A stretch of DNA of 64,000 bases from positions 346,580,001-346,644,000 of the forward strand of contig OZ024742.1 in the NCBI GenBank assembly GCA_964016885.1, given 5' to 3'. Position numbers and translations under genes: made by a program. This DNA comes from Eledone cirrhosa (taxonomy: Eukaryota). Below are positions 30,501-44,749 of the stretch, piece after piece (the stretch's first letter is position 1; the number at the start of each line of letters is the position of its first letter). A model generated the notes under the pieces. It saw only the letters and a program-made list of their open reading frames with translations. It searched no databases and was not told the origin of the DNA.

Positions 30501-33500
30501 ATTATAAGCCTACATTAAGCCACTTGTATTATAAGCCCACATTAAGATACGTGTAATATAAGCCAATATTAAGATACTTGTAATATAAGCCTAAATTAAG
30601 ATACTCGTAATATAAGCCTTCATTAAGATACTTGTATTATAAGCCAACATTAAGATACTCGTAATATAAGCCTACATTAAGATACTTGTAATATAAGCCA
30701 ACATTAAGATATTTGTATTATAAGCCTACATTAAGATACTTGTAATATAAGCCTACATTAAGATAATTGTATTATAAGCCTACATTAAGATACTTGTAAT
30801 ATAAACCTAAATTAAGATACTTGTATTATAAGCCCACATTAAGATACTTGTAATATAAGCCAACATTAAGATACTTGTATTATAAGCCTACGTTAAGATA
30901 CTTGGAATATAAGCCTTCATTAAGATACTTGTATTATAAGCCAACATTAAGATACTTGTATTATAATCCCACATTAAGATACTTGTAATATAAGCCTACA
31001 TTAAGATACTTGTATTATAAGCCCACATTAAGATACTTGTAATATAAGCCTACATTAAGATACTTGTATTATAAGCCCACATTAAGATACTTGTAATATA
31101 AGCCTACATTAAAATACTTGTATTATAAGCCCACATTAAGATACTTGTAATATAAGCCTACATTAAGATACTTGTATTATAAGCCCACATTAAGATACGT
31201 GTAATATAAGCCAACATTAAGATACTTGAAATATAAGCCTAAATTAAGATACTCGTAATCTAAGCCTCCATTAAGATACTTTTATTATAAGCCTACATTA
31301 AGATACTTGTATTATAAGCCCACATTAAGATCCTTGTAATATAAGCCTTCATTAAGATACTTGTAATATAAGTCTACATTAAGATACTTGTAATATAAGC
31401 CTACATTAAGATACTTGTATTATAAGCCTACATTAAGATACTTGTAATATAAGCCGACATTAAGACACTTGTAATATAAGCGAAAATTAAGATACTTGTA
31501 ATATAAGCCCACATTAAGATACTTGTAATATAAGCCTTCATTAAGATACTTGTATTATAAGCCTACATTAAGATACTTGTAATATAAGCCTACATTAAGA
31601 TACTTGTATTATAAGCCTACATTAAGATACTTGTAATATAAGCCTAAATTAAGATAGTTGTATTATAAGCATACATTAAGATACTTGTATTATAAGCCGA
31701 CATTAAGATACTTGTAATATAAGCCTCCATTAAGATACTTGTATTATAAGCCTACATTAAGATACTTGTATTATAAGCCCACATTAAGATACTTGTAATA
31801 TAAGCCTTCATTAAGATACTTGTAATATAAGTCTACATTAAGATACTTGTATTATAAGCCCACATTAAGATACTTGTAATATAATCCCACGTTAAGATAC
31901 GTGTAAAATAAGCCAACATTAAGATACTTGTAATATAAGCCTACATTAAGATACTCGTAATATAAGCCTACATTAAGATACTTGTAATATAAGCCAACAT
32001 TAAGATACTTGTAATATAAGCCTACATTAAGATACTTGTAATATAAGCCAACATTAATATACTTGTATTATAAGCCTACATTAAAATACTTGTAATATAA
32101 GCCGACATTAAGATACTTGTAATATAAGCCTTCATTAAGATACTTATAATATAAGCCAACATTAAGATATTTGTATTATAAGCCTACATTAAGATACTTG
32201 TAATATAAGCCTACATTAAGATAATTGTATTATAAGCCTACATTAAGATACTTGTAATATAAGCCTAAATTAAGATACTTGTATTATAAGCCTACATTAA
32301 GATACTTGTATTATAAGCCCACATTAAGATCCTTGTAATATAAGCCTTCATTAAGATACTTGTAATATAAGTCTACATTAAGATACTTGTAATATAAGCC
32401 TACATTAAGATACTTGTATTATAAGCCTACATTAAGATACTTGTAATATAAGCCGACATTAAGACACTTGTAATATAAGCGAAAATTAAGATACTTGTAA
32501 TATAAGCCCACATTAAGATACTCGTAATCTAAGCCTCCATTAAGATACTTTTATTATAAGCCTACATTAAGATACTTGTATTATAAGCCCACATTAAGAT
32601 CCTTGTAATATAAGCCTTCATTAAGATACTTGTAATATAAGTCTACATTAAGATACTTGTAATATAAGCCTACATTAAGATACTTGTATTATAAGCCTAC
32701 ATTAAGATACTTGTAATATAAGCCGACATTAAGACACTTGTAATATAAGCGAAAATTAAGATACTTGTAATATAAGCCCACATTAAGATACTTGTAATAT
32801 AAGCCTTCATTAAGATACTTGTATTATAAGCCTACATTAAGATACTTGTAATATAAGCCTACATTAAGATACTTGTATTATAAGCCTACATTAAGATACT
32901 TGTAATATAAGCCTAAATTAAGATAGTTGTATTATAAGCATACATTAAGATACTTGTATTATAAGCCGACATTAAGATACTTGTAATATAAGCCTCCATT
33001 AAGATACTTGTATTATAAGCCTACATTAAGATACTTGTATTATAAGCCCACATTAAGATACTTGTAATATAAGCCTTCATTAAGATACTTGTAATATAAG
33101 TCTACATTAAGATACTTGTATTATAATCCCACATTAAGATACTTGTAATATAATCCCACGTTAAGATACGTGTAAAATAAGCCAACATTAAGATACTTGT
33201 AATATAAGCCTACATTAAGATACTCGTAATATAAGCCTACATTAAGATACTTGTAATATAAGCCAACATTAAGATACTTGTAATATAAGCCTACATTAAG
33301 ATACTTGTAATATAAGCCAACATTAAGATACTTGTATTATAAGCCTACATTAAAATACTTGTAATATAAGCCGACATTAAGATACTTGTAATATAAGCCT
33401 TCATTAAGATACTTATAATATAAGCCAACATTAAGATATTTGTATTATAAGCCTACATTAAGATACTTGTAATATAAGCCTACATTAAGATAATTGTATT

Positions 33501-34900
33501 ATAAGCCTACATTAAGATACTTGTAATATAAGCCTAAATTAAGATACTTGTATTATAAGCCCACATTAAGATACTTGTAATATAAGCCAACATTAAGATA
33601 CTTGTATTATAAGCCTACATTAAGATACTTGGAATATAAGCCTATATTAAGATACTTGTATTATAAGCCCACATTAAGACACTTGTAATATAAGCCTACA
33701 TTAAGATACTTGTATTATAAGTCTACATTATGATACTTGTATTATAAGCCTACATTAAAATACTTGTAATATAAGCCTACATTAAGATACTTGTATTATA
33801 AGCCCACATTAAGATACGTGTAATATAAGCCAACATTAAGATACTTGTAATATAAGCCTAAATTAAGATGCTCGTAATATAAGCCTACATTAAGATACTT
33901 GTATTATAAGCCAACATTAAGATACTTGTAATATAAGCCTTCATTAAGATACTTGTAATATAAGTCTACATTAAGATACTTGTAATATAAGCCTACATTA
34001 AGATACTTGTATTATAAGCCTACATTAAGATACTTGTATTATAAGCCTACATTAAGATACTTGTATTATAAGCCCACATTAAGACACTTGTAATATAAGC
34101 CTACATTAAGATACTTGTATTATAAGTCTACATTATGATACTTGTAATATAAGCCCACATTAAGATACTTGTATTATAAGCCTACATTAAGATACTTGTA
34201 ATATAAGCCTACATTAAGATACTTGTATCATAAGCCTACATTAAGATACTTGCATTATAAGTCCACATTAAGATACTTGTAATATAAGCCTACATTAAGA
34301 TACTTGTATTATAAGCCTACATTAAGATACTTATATTATAAGCCAACATTAAGATACTTGTAATATAATCCCACATTAAGATACTTGTAATATAATCCCA
34401 CATTAAGATACTTGTTATATAATCCCACATTAAGATACTTGTAATATAAGCCTACATTAAGATACTTGTAATATAATCCAACATTAAGATACTTGTAATA
34501 TAAGCCTAGGTTAATATACGTGTAATATAAGCCAACATTAAGATACTTGTATTATAAGCCTACATTAAGATACTTGTAATATAAGCCTACATTAAGATAC
34601 TTTTAATATAAGCCTACATTAAGATACGTGTAATATAAGCCTACATTAAGATACTTGTAATATAAGCCTTCATTAAGATACATGTATTATAAGCCTTCAT
34701 TAAGAAACTTGTAATATAAGCCTACATTAAGATACTTGTATTATAAGCCTACATTAAGCCACTTGTATTATAAGCCCACATTAAGATACGTGTAATATAA
34801 GCCAACATTAAGATACTTGTAATATAAGCCTAAATTAAGATACTCGTAATATAAGCCTTCATTAAGATACTTGTATTATAAGCCAACATTAAGATACTTG
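27600..34900. repeat. Region of nested partial duplications (113-, 47-, 10- and 157-monomer offsets)
   Basis: cttgAaat 28177/31228 (+3051 = 113x27). taatCtaag 28209/31260/32529. gatCcttg 28281/31332/32331/32601 (last pair +270 = 10x27). taagCCacttg 30520/34759 (+4239 = 157x27). Confidence 0.82.
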
Positions 34901-37619
34901 TATTATAAGCCCACATTAAGATACTTGTAATATAAGCCTTCATTAAGATACTTGTAATATAAGTCTACATTAAGATACCTGTAATATAAGCCTCCATTAA
35001 GATACTTGTATTATAAGCCTGCATTAAGATACTTGTATTATAAGCCTACATTAAGATACTTGTAATATAAGCCTACATTAAGATACTTGTAATATAAGCC
35101 AACATTAAGATACTTGTAATATAAGCCAACATTAAGATACTTGTATTATAAGCCTACATTAAGATACTTGTAATATAAGCCGACATTAAGATACTTGTAA
35201 TATATGCGAAAATTAAGATACTTGTAATATAAGCCAACATTAAGATACTTGTAATATAAGCCTTCATTAAGATACCTGTATTATAAGCCTGCATTAAGAT
35301 ACTTGTAATATAACCCTACATTAAGATACATGTATTATAAGCCTACATTAAGATACTTGTAATATAAGCCTAAATTAAGATAGTTGTATTATAAGCATAC
35401 ATTAAGATACTTGTATTATAAGCCTACATTAAGATACTTGTAATATAAGCCAACATTAAGATACTTGTATTATAAGCCTACATTAAGATACTTGTAATAT
35501 AAGCCTGCATTAAGATACTTGTATTATAAGCCTACATTAAGATACTTGTATTATAATCCCACATTAAGATACTTGTAATATAAGCCTACATTAAGATACT
35601 TGTATTATAAGCACACATTCAGATACTTGTATTATAAGCCTACATTAAGATACTTGTAATATAAGCCAACATTAAGATACTTGTAATATAAGTCTACATT
35701 AAGATACTCGTAATATAAGCCTACATTAAGATGCTTGTAATATAAGCCTACATTAAGATGCTTGTAATATAAGCCTACATTAAGATACTCGTAATATAAG
35801 CCTACATTAAGATACTTGTATTATAAGCCTACATTAAGATACTTGTAATATAATCCCACATTAAGATACTTGTATTATAAGCCTTCATTAAGATACGTGT
35901 AATATAAGCCTACATTAAGATACTTGTAATATAAGCCTTCATTAAGATACATGTATTATAAGCCTTCATTAATAAACTTGTATTATAAGCCTACATTAAG
36001 ATACTTGTATTATAAGCCTACATTAAGATACTTGTATTATAAGCCCACATTAAGACACTTGTAATATAAGCCTACATTAAGATACTTGTATTATAAGTCT
36101 ACATTATGATACTTGTAATATAAGCCCACATTAAGATACTTGTATTATAAGCCTACATTAAGATACTTGTAATATAAGCCTACATTAAGATACTTGTATC
36201 ATAAGCCTACATTAAGATACTTGCATTATAAGTCCACATTAAGATACTTGTAATATAAGCCTACATTAAGATACTTGTATTATAAGCCTACATTAAGATA
36301 CTTATATTATAAGCCAACATTAAGATACTTGTAATATAATCCCACATTAAGATACTTGTAATATAATCCCACATTAAGATACTTGTTATATAATCCCACA
36401 TTAAGATACTTGTAATATAAGCCTACATTAAGATACTTGTAATATAATCCAACATTAAGATACTTGTAATATAAGCCTAGGTTAATATACGTGTAATATA
36501 AGCCAACATTAAGATACTTGTATTATAAGCCTACATTAAGATACTTGTAATATAAGCCTACATTAAGATACTTGTAATATAAGCCTACATTAAGATACGT
36601 GTAATATAAGCCTACATTAAGATACTTGTAATATAAGCCTTCATTAAGATACATGTATTATAAGCCTTCATTAAGAAACTTGTAATATAGGCCTACATTA
36701 AGATACTTGTATTATAAGCCTACATTAAGACACTTGTATTATAAGCCCACATTAAGATACGTGTAATATAAGCCAACATTAAGATACTTGTAATATAAGC
36801 CTAAATTAAGATACTCGTAATATAAGCCTCCATTAAGATACTTGTATTATAAGCCAACATTAAGATACTTGTATTATAAGCCCACATTAAGATACTTGTA
36901 ATATAAGCCTTCATTAAGATACTTGTAATATAAGTCTACATTAAGATACTTGTAATATAAGCCTCCATTAAGATACTTGTATTATAAGCCTGCATTAAGA
37001 TACTTGTATTATAAGCCTACATTAAGATACTTGTAATATAAGCCTACATTAAGATACTTGTAATATAAGCCAACATTAAGATACTTGTAATATAAGCCAA
37101 CATTAAGATACTTGTATTATAAGCCTACATTAAGATACTTGTAATATAAGCCGACATTAAGATACTTGTAATATATGCGAAAATTAAGATACTTGTAATA
37201 TAAGCCAACATTAAGATACTTGTAATATAAGCCTTCATTAAGATACCTGTATTATAAGCCTGCATTAAGATACTTGTAATATAACCCTACATTAAGATAC
37301 ATGTATTATAAGCCTACATTAAGATACTTGTAATATAAGCCTAAATTAAGATAGTTGTATTATAAGCATACATTAAGATACTTGTATTATAAGCCTACAT
37401 TAAGATACTTGTAATATAAGCCAACATTAAGATACTTGTATTATAAGCCTACATTAAGATACTTGTAATATAAGCCTGCATTAAGATACTTGTATTATAA
37501 GCCTACATTAAGATACTTGTATTATAATCCCACATTAAGATACTTGTAATATAAGCCTACATTAAGATACTTGTATTATAAGCACACATTCAGATACTTG
37601 TATTATAAGCCTACATTAA

Positions 37620-40600
37620 GATACTTGTAATATAAGCCAACATTAAGATACTTGTAATATAAGTCTACATTAAGATACTCGTAATATAAGCCTACATTAA
37701 GATGCTTGTAATATAAGCCTACATTAAGATACTTGTAATATAATCCTACATTAAGATACTTGTAATATAAGCCTACATTAAGATACTCGTAATATAAGCC
37801 TACATTAAGATACTTGTATTATAAGCCTACATTAAGATACTTGTAATATAATCCCACATTAAGATACTTGTATTATAAGCCTTCATTAAGATACTTGTAA
37901 TATAAGCCTACATTAAGATACTTGTATTATAAGCCTACATTGAGATACTTGTATTATAAGCCCACATTAAGACACTTGTAATATAAGCCAACATTAAGAT
38001 ACTTGTAATATAAGCCTCCATTAAGATACTTGTATAATAAGCCTACATTAAGATACTTGTAATATAAGCCTACATTAAGATACTTGTATTATAAGCCTTC
38101 ATTAAGATACTTGTAATATAAGCCTACATTAAGATACTTGTATTATAAGCCTTCATTGAGATACTTGTATTATAAGCCAACATTAAGACACTTGTAATAT
38201 AAGCCTACATTAAGATACTTGTATTATAAGTCTACATTAAGAGACTTGTAATATAAGCCGACATTAAGATACTTGTATTATAAGCCTACATTAAGATACT
38301 TGTAATATAAGCCTACATTAAGATACTTGTATTATAAGCCTACATTAAGATACTTGCATTATAAGCCCACATTAAGATACTTGTAATATAAGCCTACATT
38401 AAGATACTTGTATTATAATCCTACATTAAGATACTTGTATTATAAGCCCACATTAAGATACTTGTAATATAATCCCACATTAAGATACTTGTAATATAAT
38501 CCCACGTTAAGATACGTGTAAAATAAGCCAACATTAAGATACTTGTAATATAAGCCTACATTAAGATACTCGTAATATAAGCCTACATTAAGATACTTGT
38601 AATATAAGCCAACATTAAGATACTTGTAATATAAGCCCACATTAAGATACTTGTAATATAAGCCAACATTAAGATACTTGTATTATAAGCCTACATTAAA
38701 ATTCTTGTAATATAAGCCGACATTAAGATACTTGTAATATAAGCCTTCATTAAGATACTTATAATATAAGCCAACATTAAGATATTTGTATTATAAGCCT
38801 ACATTAAGATACTTGTAATATAAGCCTACATTAAGATAATTGTATTATAAGCCTACATTAAGATACTTGTAATATAAGCCTAAATTAAGATACTTGTATT
38901 ATAAGCACACATTAAGATACTTGTAATATAAGCCAACATTAAGATACTTGTATTATAAGCCTACATTAAGATACTTGGAATATAAGCCTACATTAAGATA
39001 CTTGTATTATAAGCCAATATTAAGATACTTGTATTATAATCCCACATTAAGATACTTGTAATATAAGCTTACATTAAGATACTTGTATTATAAGCCGACA
39101 TTAAGATACTTGTATTATAATCCCACATTAAGATACTTGTAATATAAGCCTACATTAAGATACTTGTATTATAAGCCCACATTAAGATACGTGTAATATA
39201 AGCCAACATTAAGATACTTGTAATATAAGCCTAAATTAAGATGCTCGTAATATAAGCCTCCATTAAGATACTTGTATTATAAGCCTACATTAAGATACTT
39301 GTATTATAAGCCAACATTAAGATACTTGTAATATAAGCCTTCATTAAGATACTTGTAATATAAGTCTACATTAAGATACTTGTAATATAAGCCTACATAA
39401 AGATACTTGTATTATAAGCCTACATTAAGATACTTGTATTATAAGCCTACATTAAGATACTTGTAATATAAGCCAACATTAAGATACTTGTAATATAAGC
39501 CAACATTAAGATACTTGTATTATAAGCCTACATTAAGATACTTGTAATATAAGCCCACATTAAGATACTTGTAATATAAGCCTACATTAAGATACGTGTA
39601 ATATAAGCCTACATTAAGATACTTGTAATATAAGCCTACATTAAGATACATGTAATATAAGCCTTCATTAAGATACTTGTAATATAAGCCTACTTTAAGA
39701 TACTTGTATTATAAGCCTACATTAAGATACTTGTATTATAAGCCCAGATTAAGACACTTGTAATATAAGCCTACATTAAGATACTTGTATTATAAGTCTA
39801 CATTAAGATACTTGTAATATAAGCCCGCATTAAGATACTTGTATTATAAGCCTAAATTAAGATACTTGTAATATAAGACTACATTAAGATACTTGTATTA
39901 TAACCCTACATTAAGATACTTGCATTATAAGTCCACATTAAGATACTTGTAATATAAGGCTACATTAAGATACTTGTATTATAAGCCTACATTAAGATAC
40001 TTGTAATATAAGCCTGCATTAAGATACTTGTATTATAAGCCTACATTAAGATACTTGTATTATAATCCCACATTAAGATACTTGTAATATAAGCCTACAT
40101 TAAGATACTTGTATTATAAGCACACATTCAGATACTTGTATTATAAGCCTACATTAAGATACTTGTAATATAAGCCAACATTAAGATACTTGTAATATAA
40201 GTCTACATTAAGATACTCGTAATATAAGCCTACATTAAGATGCTTGTAATATAAGCCTACATTAAGATACTTGTAATATAATCCTACATTAAGATACTTG
40301 TAATATAAGCCTACATTAAGATACTCGTAATATAAGCCTACATTAAGATACTTGTATTATAAGCCTACATTAAGATACTTGTAATATAATCCCACATTAA
40401 GATACTTGTATTATAAGCCTTCATTAAGATACTTGTAATATAAGCCTACATTAAGATACTTGTATTATAAGCCTACATTGAGATACTTGTATTATAAGCC
40501 CACATTAAGACACTTGTAATATAAGCCAACATTAAGATACTTGTAATATAAGCCTCCATTAAGATACTTGTATTATAACCCTACATTAAGATACTTGCAT

Positions 40601-43600
40601 TATAAGTCCACATTAAGATACTTGTAATATAAGCCTACATTAAGATACTTGTATTATAAGCCTACATTAAGATACTTGTATTATAAGCCCACATTAAGAT
40701 ACTTGTAATATAATCTCACATTAAGATACTTGTAATATAATCCCACATTAAGATACTTGTTATATAATCCAACATTAAGATACTTGTAATATAAGCCTAC
40801 ATTAAGATACTTGTAATATAATCCCACATTAAGATACTTGTAATATAAGCCTAGGTTAAGATACGTGTAATATAAGCCAACATTAAGATACTTGTAATAT
40901 AAGCCTACATTAAGATACTCGTAATATAAGCCTACATTAAGATACTTGTAATATAAGCCAACATTAAGATACTTGTATTATAAGCCTACATTAAGATACT
41001 TGTAATATAAGCCGACATTAAGATACTTGTAATATAAGCCCACATTAAGATACTTGTAATATAAGCCTTCATTAAGATACCTGTATTATAAACCTACATT
41101 AACATACTTGTAATATAAGCCTAAATTAAGATAGTTGTATTATAAGCATACATTAAGATACTTGTATTATAAGCCGACATTAAGATACTTGTAATATAAG
41201 CCAACATTAAGATACTTGTAATATAAGCCTACATTAAGATACTTGTAATATAAGCCTACATTAAGATACTTGTATTATAAGCCTACATTAAGATACTTGT
41301 ATTATAATCCCACATTAAGATACTTGTAATATAAGCCTACATTAAGGTACTTGTATTATAAGCCCACATTCAGATACTTCTATTATAAGCCCACATTAAG
41401 ATACTTGTAATATAAGCCAACATTAAGATACTTGTAATATAAGTCTACATTAAGATACTCGTAATATAAGCCTACATTAAGATGCTTGTAATATAAGCCT
41501 ACATTAAGATACTTGTAATATAATCCTACATTAAGATACTTGTAATATAAGCCTACATTAAGATACTCGTAATATAAGCCTACATTAAGATACTTGTATT
41601 ATAAGCCTACATTAAGATACTTGTAATATAATCCCACATTAAGATACTTGTATTATAAGCCTTCATTAAGATACTTGTAATATAAGCCTACATTAAGATA
41701 CTTGTATTATAAGCCTACATTGAGATACTTGTATTATAAGCCCACATTAAGACACTTGTAATATAAGCCAACATTAAGATACTTGTAATATAAGCCTACA
41801 TTAAGATACTTGTATTATAAGCCTACATTAAGATACTTGTAATATAAGCCTACATTAAGATACTTGTATTATAAGCCTTCATTAAGATACTTGTAATATA
41901 AGCCTACATTAAGATACTTGTATTATAAGCCTTCATTGAGATACTTGTATTATAAGCCAACATTAAGACACTTGTAATATAAGCCTACATTAAGATACTT
42001 GTATTATAAGTCTACATTAAGAGACTTGTAATATAAGCCGACATTAAGATACTTGTATTATAAGCCTACATTAAGATACTTGTAATATAAGCCTACATTA
42101 AGATACTTGTATTATAAGCCTACATTAAGATACTTGCATTATAAGCCCACATTAAGATACTTGTAATATAAGCCTACATTAAGATACTTGTATTATAATC
42201 CTACATTAAGATACTTGTATTATAAGCCCACATTAAGATACTTGTAATATAATCCCACATTAAGATACTTGTAATATAATCCCACGTTAAGATACGTGTA
42301 AAATAAGCCAACATTAAGATACTTGTAATATAAGCCTACATTAAGATACTCGTAATATAAGCCTACATTAAGATACTTGTAATATAAGCCAACATTAAGA
42401 TACTTGTAATATAAGCCCACATTAAGATACTTGTAATATAAGCCAACATTAAGATACTTGTATTATAAGCCTACATTAAAATTCTTGTAATATAAGCCGA
42501 CATTAAGATACTTGTAATATAAGCCTTCATTAAGATACTTATAATATAAGCCAACATTAAGATATTTGTATTATAAGCCTACATTAAGATACTTGTAATA
42601 TAAGCCTACATTAAGATAATTGTATTATAAGCCTACATTAAGATACTTGTAATATAAGCCTAAATTAAGATACTTGTATTATAAGCACACATTAAGATAC
42701 TTGTAATATAAGCCAACATTAAGATACTTGTATTATAAGCCTACATTAAGATACTTGGAATATAAGCCTACATTAAGATACTTGTATTATAAGCCAATAT
42801 TAAGATACTTGTATTATAATCCCACATTAAGATACTTGTAATATAAGCTTACATTAAGATACTTGTATTATAAGCCGACATTAAGATACTTGTATTATAA
42901 TCCCACATTAAGATACTTGTAATATAAGCCTACATTAAGATACTTGTATTATAAGCCCACATTAAGATACGTGTAATATAAGCCAACATTAAGATACTTG
43001 TAATATAAGCCTAAATTAAGATGCTCGTAATATAAGCCTCCATTAAGATACTTGTATTATAAGCCTACATTAAGATACTTGTATTATAAGCCAACATTAA
43101 GATACTTGTAATATAAGCCTTCATTAAGATACTTGTAATATAAGTCTACATTAAGATACTTGTAATATAAGCCTACATAAAGATACTTGTATTATAAGCC
43201 TACATTAAGATACTTGTATTATAAGCCTACATTAAGATACTTGTAATATAAGCCAACATTAAGATACTTGTAATATAAGCCAACATTAAGATACTTGTAT
43301 TATAAGCCTACATTAAGATACTTGTAATATAAGCCCACATTAAGATACTTGTAATATAAGCCTACATTAAGATACGTGTAATATAAGCCTACATTAAGAT
43401 ACTTGTAATATAAGCCTACATTAAGATACATGTAATATAAGCCTTCATTAAGATACTTGTAATATAAGCCTACTTTAAGATACTTGTATTATAAGCCTAC
43501 ATTAAGATACTTGTATTATAAGCCCAGATTAAGACACTTGTAATATAAGCCTACATTAAGATACTTGTATTATAAGTCTACATTAAGATACTTGTAATAT

Positions 43601-43730
43601 AAGCCCGCATTAAGATACTTGTATTATAAGCCTAAATTAAGATACTTGTAATATAAGACTACATTAAGATACTTGTATTATAACCCTACATTAAGATACT
43701 TGCATTATAAGTCCACATTAAGATACTTGT
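37620..43730. repeat. Duplicated ~2.3 kb segment at a 140-monomer offset (3,780 bp)
   Basis: Printed lines 37681-39901 match lines 41461-43681 almost base for base. gaGacttg is at 38243/42023 and the ORF-track copies are at 38440/42220. Confidence 0.9.
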
Positions 43731-44749
43731 AATATAAGCCTACATTAAGATACTTGTATTATAAGCCTACATTAAGATACTTGTATTATAAGCCCACATT
43801 AAGATACTTGTAATATAATCTCACATTAAGATACTTGTAATATAATCCCACATTAAGATACTTGTTATATAATCCAACATTAAGATACTTGTAATATAAG
43901 CCTACATTAAGATACTTGTAATATAATCCCACATTAAGATACTTGTAATATAAGCCTAGGTTAAGATACGTGTAATATAAGCCAACATTAAGATACTTGT
44001 AATATAAGCCTACATTAAGATACTCGTAATATAAGCCTACATTAAGATACTTGTAATATAAGCCAACATTAAGATACTTGTATTATAAGCCTACATTAAG
44101 ATACTTGTAATATAAGCCGACATTAAGATACTTGTAATATATGCAAAAATTAAGATACTTGTAATATAAGCCCACATTAAGATACTTGTAATATAAGCCT
44201 TCATTAAGATACCTGTATTATAAACCTACATTAAGATACTTGTAATATAAGCCTAAATTAAGATAGTTGTATTATAAGCATACATTAAGATACTTGTATT
44301 ATAAGCCGACATTAAGATACTTGTAATATAAGCCAACATTAAGATACTTGTAATATAAGCCTACATTAAGATACTTGTAATATAAGCCTACATTAAGATA
44401 CTTGTATTATAAGCCTACATTAAGATACTTGTATTATAATCCCACATTAAGATACTTGTAATATAAGCCTACATTAAGATACTTGTATTATAAGCCCACA
44501 TTCAGATACTTGTATTATAAGCCCACATTAAGATACTTGTAATATAAGCCAACATTAAGATACTTGTAATATAAGTCTACATTAAGATACTCGTAATATA
44601 AGCCTACATTAAGATGCTTGTAATATAAGCCTACATTAAGATACTTGTAATATAATCCTACATTAAGATACTTGTAATATAAGCCTACATTAAGATACTT
44701 GTAATATAAGCCTACATTAAGATACTTGTATTATAAGCCTACATTGAGA

